Of a DNA stretch of 56,432 nt, positions 50,158-56,432 are shown one piece after another. The notes beneath the pieces were generated by a model. It did not search any database, had not been told where the DNA came from, and saw only the letters and a list, made by a program, of their open reading frames with translations. Numbering within the stretch: position 1 is the first letter of the stretch; every line of letters begins with the position of its first letter. Source of the DNA: an uncultured bacterium (GTDB lineage Bacteria > JAJVIF01 > JAPKYR01); contig CBDURU010000009.1 of the NCBI GenBank assembly GCA_965369865.1, forward strand, positions 1 to 56,432, read 5' to 3'. The position numbers were made by a program, and so were the translations under genes.

Positions 50158-50199
50158 TTGGCTATTTGGTAATATAGCCAAATAAGCTGTATTTGTCAA
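50158..50199 (-). promoter_or_regulatory. ars operon promoter with overlapping palindromic operator
   Basis: Minus strand TTGACA(50199-50194)-N17-TATATT(50176-50171); perfect inverted repeat TTGGCTAT-N8-ATAGCCAA (50158-50181) over the -10. Confidence 0.8.
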
Positions 50200-50216
50200 G
50201 TATACTGGAACTAAAA

Positions 50217-50357
50217 GGGACAACTACCTATTGTTTTAGATTTATATCTCATTTTTATTCCTTCCCCGGTCTGCCCGGGTGCGGTTGAGACAGCGGGTGT
50301 GTCCGAGAAAGGATGAGGTTTAATAAGGCTATCAATCAAAATCAATGTCACTGTCCC
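50217..50357. mobile_element. 141-bp MITE-like element apparently made of two back-to-back transposase 3' ends
   Basis: GGGACA..TGTCCC ends; minus strand PGRPGKE*, plus strand RLRQRVCPRKDEV*; parts recur near 39353, 43222 and 52400. Confidence 0.6.
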
Positions 50358-50473
50358 CATTATCTTAACATCGGCTTGTTTCGGCATCATGGACATAATA
50401 CAATTTCACAGGCGGCTCACTGTGTTGATCTCGATACCAACCATGAGAATGTTCGTACACGGGAGATTTTAAA

Positions 50474-52264
50474 ATGCCTTCTGCTCTGAGAATTTCAGTC
50501 ACCACACTAATCCTACCGATCCTCATCGGCTGTGCCAGTGTTCAGGGGAAACCGGTGTTACCTGTGGAATTGCCGGGTAATCCAACATCGCAACAGGTGA
50601 ATTATTCTGATCGCCTCCTTTGGGGAATGTGGGACTTGTGTTTTAATCCGGACCGTTTGACCGTTTCAGGAAATCCCAGGCGCATCGTACAAACCCACTT
50701 CAACATCACTCCCCTTTTTCAACCCCCATACTGTGATGATTGCGTAACCATAGTGCTTAACTTCTTCGATCCTGTCACACGAATGCTCGATGTTGACCTC
50801 ACTCTTAAGAATCCGTATCCCGTTAACGGATATGATGTCCGGACGATCGTCTACACCAATGATGACGGACCCCTGCTTTACAATGCCGATGATTGGACAA
50901 AACTGTTCGATATTCCGGGAGGATATGAAATTAACCCATTTAAAGCATATGCGAAAGGTGAATCCGGACGGGTATTTTCCGAAGGAGCCAGTCATTCAGA
51001 GAATTTCCTGATCTACGTTCCCGATCCACCAAGCTGGCCGACAGCTATTTTCGCCGTTGATGCCTCTCTGCCCGGTAATTGCGAGGAGCCTTATTCAATT
51101 GATTCCGTAACACAGACAGGCACGTTATTCAATTACATAGGCTCGATCGTAAACCTGCAGGCGGAAGTGTATGACTGGCAGATTAATGTCGATGAGGTGG
51201 CATTATTAGCGCCGGAAATAACAGGTGAAGAATCCAGCCCGTTTACTCATCTTGGAGGAAATTCATGGGCTGTTGAGTTGATCAATAACACAGGTGCACC
51301 GGCAGGAAAATACAACGTAAGGATCAAAGCTGATTCCGGAGCCTCTTCCCTTTATGACATTGTACAAATTAACATCAGCGGCGGTATTTCAGGTGACTAT
51401 CCGGGCGACCTTGGTATTGAAAATGACCCAAGGGTAATTTTCGTGGAAAATTTCGAAGAGGGTTCTCTTGAAGAGTTATTCAGCATCTGGGAGGACGTGA
51501 AAAATCCGGACAATATGACATTCTCGGATCATTCACCGCCCGGAAGCTCCGGCAGCCAGTCGCTTCTTGTTACCCATATCGGTGGGCAGGGAACCGGCGC
51601 GCATCTGTATCGTCGCCTCCTGCCAGGATATGATCGTCTATTCATACGATTCTATGTAAAGTTCGACCCGGATTGCGGGCCTATCCATCATTTCTTCCAT
51701 GCCGGAGGTTACAATCCATCGACCCCGTGGCCCCAGGGTGGCGCCGGAGTAAAACTCGATGGGGATGAAAGGTTCACCACAGGCGTCGAGCCATTCGGAA
51801 ATTACAACCCGTGGCGATGGGATTTCTATTCGTACTGGATGGAGATGCATACTTGTCCGGATGGTAATTTCTGGGGTAATGATTTCATCAACGATCCCGA
51901 TCTTGAAGTGGAGATGGGATCATGGATATGCCATGAGCTTATGATGAAAATGAACGATCCGGTCACCGAACCGAATGGGGAAATGGCCTTATGGATCAAC
52001 GGGCAGCTTCGCTACAAGGATGGACAGTGTATCAGCTATCTCGGTGAGGGTTACCCAAATGGGGGATGGATCTGGGACAGTTTCATCCCCGATCCCGGGG
52101 GTGAACCTTTTGATGGTTTCCGCTGGCGTTCGGATGCGGATCTGAATATCAATTTCCTGTGGCTGCTCACATATATAACTCAGGCCGATGCAGGGCATGT
52201 CAGCAGGATATGGTACGACCAGGTGGTTGTTGCGGATGAGTATATCGGCCGGATAGCTCCTTAA
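50474..52264 (+). CDS. Lipoprotein: shared N-terminal domain plus polysaccharide-lyase-like jelly-roll domain
   Basis: LIGC lipobox; YDVRTI, LYNADDWT, INPFKAY, AVDAS, EPY, YDWQ; C-terminal FVENFE, LFIRFYVKF, WICHE, WYDQVVVA..YIG. Confidence 0.78.
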   Translation: MPSALRISVTTLILPILIGCASVQGKPVLPVELPGNPTSQQVNYSDRLLWGMWDLCFNPDRLTVSGNPRRIVQTHFNITPLFQPPYCDDCVTIVLNFFDPVTRMLDVDLTLKNPYPVNGYDVRTIVYTNDDGPLLYNADDWTKLFDIPGGYEINPFKAYAKGESGRVFSEGASHSENFLIYVPDPPSWPTAIFAVDASLPGNCEEPYSIDSVTQTGTLFNYIGSIVNLQAEVYDWQINVDEVALLAPEITGEESSPFTHLGGNSWAVELINNTGAPAGKYNVRIKADSGASSLYDIVQINISGGISGDYPGDLGIENDPRVIFVENFEEGSLEELFSIWEDVKNPDNMTFSDHSPPGSSGSQSLLVTHIGGQGTGAHLYRRLLPGYDRLFIRFYVKFDPDCGPIHHFFHAGGYNPSTPWPQGGAGVKLDGDERFTTGVEPFGNYNPWRWDFYSYWMEMHTCPDGNFWGNDFINDPDLEVEMGSWICHELMMKMNDPVTEPNGEMALWINGQLRYKDGQCISYLGEGYPNGGWIWDSFIPDPGGEPFDGFRWRSDADLNINFLWLLTYITQADAGHVSRIWYDQVVVADEYIGRIAP

Positions 52265-52360
52265 TGATTTGAAAATCCATCCCTTCAATTCAGAACCATC
52301 AATCACAGGAAATAAACCCGTCCGGATGAAAGGCACCGGTGGTTCGCGATGAGGTCGGGA

Positions 52361-52485
52361 TGGGGTGAGATCCGTCGGCGTACGCGGACAGGCTGTCCAG
52401 CGGCTGAGACAGCGGGGACGTCCGAGAAAGGATGAGGTTTAATAAGGCTATTAATTTAAATCAATAAGTCACTGTCCACTTTATC
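52361..52485 (+). mobile_element. Possible remnant of a tyrosine-transposase (RAYT-like) 3' end
   Basis: EIRRRTRTGCP, then in another frame RLRQRGRPRKDEV* (52401-52442), then GTCACTGTCC; 52400-52485 repeats 50281-50364. Confidence 0.55.
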
Positions 52486-52494
52486 GCGCAAGGA

Positions 52495-55400
52495 TCAGTA
52501 TAGATCGTATATCTGCACTCCCCCATACTCGTTCATCTCATACAGAAATCCCTCGTGGGCGATTAATTTTTCACAACTGTAATCCTCAAGTTCATGGATG
52601 TAGCAGGAAAACGATGGCGCATCGACAGGCAGCCTTTGAATCGCATAGATAGGGGTTTCATAGCCGGTTACGAAAACATACTGGCCGTCGATTGCCAATT
52701 CCGTAAGGTCGTAAATCGTAGTAACTTCGAGAGAACCTTCGAAAACCGGATTTGACGGGTCAGCCAGGCTCGCGACCTCGAGTGTGCTGTCACCCGCAAT
52801 ATAAAGGTAATCTCCGGCAACCTCAGAAAAATACTGGTAATCGAAAGGTGTGTACGTTCCTTCGTAGCCCGGACTCAGTGGATCGGTTAGAGACAGGATT
52901 TCGATTCCGCTGGTTGTCGTGACGTAAAGGTGATCGAGTCCTGTGGTCAATTCCTGGGGATCGTCCGCCAGCATTATTCCTACCGTATTTACCGGCGGAA
53001 TGACTGAATAATCAAATACATGAACCTCCGGGAAGGAAGTGCCAATATACACGGCATCGGCTGTTAATTTGATAGAATTAATTGGATCGGGTGCCACCTG
53101 AATAGTTATCTCGCTCAGATTAAGAGGATCCGATGTATCCAGCAGCATCCACTTCTGAACACCATCGTAATATGTGATCAGGAGATTGGTCCCGTCTGCA
53201 TCGATAAAATCCGGTTCACCCGGTGGTGTGAAACTTGCTGCGACAAAGGTGTTCGCCGGATCAGAGATATCCAGAGTAAGTACCGCTCCATTATTAGTTG
53301 CGCGATCTGTTGTGAAAAGATAATTCCCGTTAACAGCCATATCGTACGGTTTGTTGCAAACCAGCAAATTGGGATAATGGACAGGCGATGTGGGATCGGC
53401 CACATTAAAAAATTCCAGCCCTGAACGGCCGGGGATAACACAAAGTGTATCACCCGATAGATCCAGCGATGCTCCAAATGCGATCATCTCGTATGAATTA
53501 TCAATAACGGGCGCGGTGGGTATGGAAACATCAAATACTGACAAACCATCGTCTTCACCCAGGTATAAATAAGGCTCATCGAGCAGAATTGAATATGCAG
53601 CAAAAGTCAGGTCGATGTTGTCGTAGTACACGAGACTGGTTCCAAACGAATCGAGTTGCATCGTATAGAGAAAGTGGTCCCATGTGCCGGTCCTGTGTAT
53701 GACATAAATAGTTTCATCATTACAGGCGATTCTGGTAACGGCGGTCGAACCAGTAAAACTATAAGGAGGAACTTCGAGTATTGATCCCAGATTTTCAATC
53801 GAGTAAGCCCATAATTCAAGGTATCCGCCGACAACCAGGTATTTTCCATAAGTCGGGATTTCAGTAACGGCCATTACTCTCGGTGCTAACGTGGTATCTA
53901 TGTCAGTTACGAGGGTCGGGCTTGTTGGATTAGAAGCATAATCAAAAATTTGAATCTCGTGATCAGGGGCTGCCTCGTGCTGGATATAAAGGTATTGCTC
54001 ATCCATACATATAGCGGGTCCCACACTGTCCGTGTAATACACCAGGTCGGCATGAACCATGGGATTGTACGGGTCGGAGAAATCAACCATATCGAGCTGG
54101 TTCTCACTACTTGATGAGCTGTACCGAATTCCGTAACAATATGGGTACTGGAAGTCGGCATACATGGCACCAATGGTTTCAACATAGCTTATCTGAACCG
54201 GATTTCCGGGATCGGTTACATCGAAGACCCAGATACCGACTTTTCCAACAAGGAATGCATAATTCCCGTGCATGAAAACATGATAGGCATCAACCAGCAA
54301 TGTATCCGGAGTCACCTCCACGGCTCCGCATGGATTCACATCGATCATTTCACCATCAGGCTCTAAAAAGTACGGTCGAATATCTCCGGTAATATCTGTA
54401 GCTATGCTGATGTAATAAATTCCTGGTAAAAGTGACAGGTCATCCAGCGGGAGTACGCATACGCTCGATGTCGTCTCTTCTACAAGGACAATGTGCAAGT
54501 CATCGTAGAGTGTGATTATTGTCGGCCCGGCGTCGCTGTAGATCCGGATTTCACCCGATACTGCATAACCGGGAGGGATTTCAAAATAATAATAATCACG
54601 GTAATCGTCGGGCTGACAGACCTGCCCTTTGACACCAATACCCGGCTGGATCTCAACCGCCTCGGCAAAATCATTGTTCCCGTCGCTCGTACATACCGGA
54701 TCGGGGATATCAATTACCATCGTCTGCCATGCCGATACATTGGACGCGGGAGCCGCTGTGCCCAGTCCCTGGCCATATTCAGGACCTCCGGCCGATCCGG
54801 CCTTGACCGCGATCAGCACCTCCCCCGCCTGGGTCGGAACTGCCAGGCCTGTGAGGTCGGCTGTATATCTTGCATTGTTAATTGTTTCATCGAGAAATGA
54901 AGCTGTAACTCCCGAGCCCATGAGATCCGGCGAGAAAATCCTCACTATGTCAATTTCAGGTGCAGTTAATCCAGCTTCGAGACCCTGCCAGTCGTGCACG
55001 TTTGCCTGCAATCGAAGCACGCCGCCGCCGACTCCGGATTCACTGTCGTAATAAAGCGTATTTACCTTGTCCGCCAGCGCGATGTAAAACGCTTCCGGCT
55101 GATTGGCCTCTATCGGAAAATCATCCGGAACTTCACCGGGCGGATCAGGATCGGGAATATCCCATGAACCGTCGATCACATACCCGAAAACGATCACAGG
55201 ACCGGGATCCATCGGAAATTGGATCAAATACCTGCGCGTATTTACACTGCCATATCTGAAAACCCCTCTGCCTACATTGTTCGCAAGCGATGTATTGTAC
55301 AGGGGACCCATACCGTCTGTCGCACCAAGAACATCCGCGAAGTGCTTGTATGGATTCACGCTGGCTGTCAGATTTGCAGCGGTCGTATTTGTGTAAAGCC

Positions 55401-55929
55401 CGTCCGTATAGCCTAAAACTCCGGGATCGGTAAATTCGGTCGGATTCCACCATCTTGTGTAACCGTCGGCATTTTCAAGACGGGTTTCATCGACATCCGC
55501 GAAGAACATTGAACCTATCGCGAGCGACCCTGGCGACATCAAAATCCCTTTCACATCGAAAATCGAGAATTGCGGGTGAATAGGCAGCGGGTGCGTGAAG
55601 GTGAAATCTATCGCGAACAGCCCGTTCGGAGGATCGCTTTCACCGGGAATTACGGCCAGTGAGATCCCCATCGTGTTCACGAAAATCTTGGTCAGGTTCA
55701 GATGCAATTCACTTGTCCTGAGAGGAACCGGTGTGGCTGTAAGATTTTCCGTGTCCAGTTCAATGAGGTATGAGCCAAGGTTCATGCGGTGAGTTGATTC
55801 GGTAGTTCTGTCACTGGTCGTGATACCTGTGTCTCCCGCCGCGTCAGGGCTTACTGGATTATCCTGGCAGCTCGTTACGAGCAGCGTGAGTACAAATATT
55901 ACTAGTAGTGATAAGCGATTACTGACCAT
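52495..55929 (-). CDS. Lipoprotein: shared N-terminal domain, Ig/PPC-like domain and LVIVD-repeat propeller
   Basis: LVTSC lipobox; FTHP, FDVKGI, LENADGYTRWWNP, VNPYKHF, HDWQG; repeated VFDVTDP.NP and LDISDP. Confidence 0.83.
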   Translation of the reverse strand: MVSNRLSLLVIFVLTLLVTSCQDNPVSPDAAGDTGITTSDRTTESTHRMNLGSYLIELDTENLTATPVPLRTSELHLNLTKIFVNTMGISLAVIPGESDPPNGLFAIDFTFTHPLPIHPQFSIFDVKGILMSPGSLAIGSMFFADVDETRLENADGYTRWWNPTEFTDPGVLGYTDGLYTNTTAANLTASVNPYKHFADVLGATDGMGPLYNTSLANNVGRGVFRYGSVNTRRYLIQFPMDPGPVIVFGYVIDGSWDIPDPDPPGEVPDDFPIEANQPEAFYIALADKVNTLYYDSESGVGGGVLRLQANVHDWQGLEAGLTAPEIDIVRIFSPDLMGSGVTASFLDETINNARYTADLTGLAVPTQAGEVLIAVKAGSAGGPEYGQGLGTAAPASNVSAWQTMVIDIPDPVCTSDGNNDFAEAVEIQPGIGVKGQVCQPDDYRDYYYFEIPPGYAVSGEIRIYSDAGPTIITLYDDLHIVLVEETTSSVCVLPLDDLSLLPGIYYISIATDITGDIRPYFLEPDGEMIDVNPCGAVEVTPDTLLVDAYHVFMHGNYAFLVGKVGIWVFDVTDPGNPVQISYVETIGAMYADFQYPYCYGIRYSSSSSENQLDMVDFSDPYNPMVHADLVYYTDSVGPAICMDEQYLYIQHEAAPDHEIQIFDYASNPTSPTLVTDIDTTLAPRVMAVTEIPTYGKYLVVGGYLELWAYSIENLGSILEVPPYSFTGSTAVTRIACNDETIYVIHRTGTWDHFLYTMQLDSFGTSLVYYDNIDLTFAAYSILLDEPYLYLGEDDGLSVFDVSIPTAPVIDNSYEMIAFGASLDLSGDTLCVIPGRSGLEFFNVADPTSPVHYPNLLVCNKPYDMAVNGNYLFTTDRATNNGAVLTLDISDPANTFVAASFTPPGEPDFIDADGTNLLITYYDGVQKWMLLDTSDPLNLSEITIQVAPDPINSIKLTADAVYIGTSFPEVHVFDYSVIPPVNTVGIMLADDPQELTTGLDHLYVTTTSGIEILSLTDPLSPGYEGTYTPFDYQYFSEVAGDYLYIAGDSTLEVASLADPSNPVFEGSLEVTTIYDLTELAIDGQYVFVTGYETPIYAIQRLPVDAPSFSCYIHELEDYSCEKLIAHEGFLYEMNEYGGVQIYDLY

Positions 55930-56072
55930 ATAATGCCTCCGATTGAATGCACTAAAATTGTGGTTAGATTATAGCACTGATTTTGATTCAGTACCTCAGG
56001 AAGCTGATCGGAGCTAAGCGCTTACTATTTGGAAAAAACGGGAGTTTAACTCAGGTCTCAGTTAATTGTTTC

Positions 56073-56432
56073 TCAATAAAGGTTAAAAATCCTGAGTCCG
56101 GTAATAGCATGCATCTCGTACAAAGCACCATCGTGAGCCAGGAGTCCTCTATTCATATATCCAGGCCAGGATCCAATTTCACCATAGATCGACAATGAAC
56201 CGGGCGGCCACAGGCTTACGGCATTGGTCGCATGGTTAATGTCTGTAAGATATGCGAAATGGTGATCCAGCGCCATGTATCTCATATTCGGCGGCCATGG
56301 AAGAACGAGTGAACCGACATTGGAAGGTGCCGATCCAACCGAAATATTCTCAGCATACAGAGTTCCGGTACTGATGATGTATAAAATGTTGTGCCTTAAA
56401 GTACGAGTGCACTACCAGTATGATGGTATAAG
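56073..56432 (-). pseudogene. 3' end of an LVIVD-repeat gene related to 52495..55929, with an in-frame TAG at 56412-56414
   Basis: ..LAHDGALYEMHAITGLRIFNLY* aligns with ..IAHEGFLYEMNEYGGVQIYDLY*; similarity extends upstream of the ORF-track ATG toward a TAG near the window edge. Confidence 0.5.

Noticed and set aside
56412..56414. Amber stop recoding
   Set aside because: TAG serves as a normal stop elsewhere in the window (e.g. 16870, 39503, 47681).

Overview
Bacterial chromosomal window, probably from an anaerobic diderm; the lineage cannot be assigned from the sequence. Housekeeping genes include recD2, nusB, rpmB, a MoxR ATPase, a nitrilase-family hydrolase, a GNAT and a TlpA. There is a surface-glycan cluster (Wzx, AsnB-type amidotransferase, alpha/alpha-barrel protein, AAC(3)-like acetyltransferase, epimerase, nucleotide-sugar dehydrogenase). 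A ~10.5 kb redox operon encodes a Cys-rich leader, DRTGG, NuoE-, NuoF- and NuoG/Fdh-like proteins (the last lacking the Mo ligand), NfnAB-like proteins, a second DRTGG, an RsbW-like kinase and a [FeFe]-hydrogenase-like protein. An ArsR/ArsP/thioredoxin/ArsF/ArsG-type operon has a visible promoter and operator. Three things stand out. (1) An AT-rich DUF3800 gene has a convergent ~73-nt structured RNA with its own promoter and terminator directly downstream. (2) Six large lipoproteins (one cut by the window start) share an unnamed ~300-aa N-terminal domain fused to different C-terminal modules; two are mosaic tandem paralogs, and a seventh related C-terminal fragment lies at the window end. (3) Several REP-like repeats and fragments resembling tyrosine-transposase 3' ends sit at the borders of these lipoprotein genes. 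No rRNA, tRNA, CRISPR array or intact transposase was recognised. All calls are by-eye motif recognition; no searches were run.
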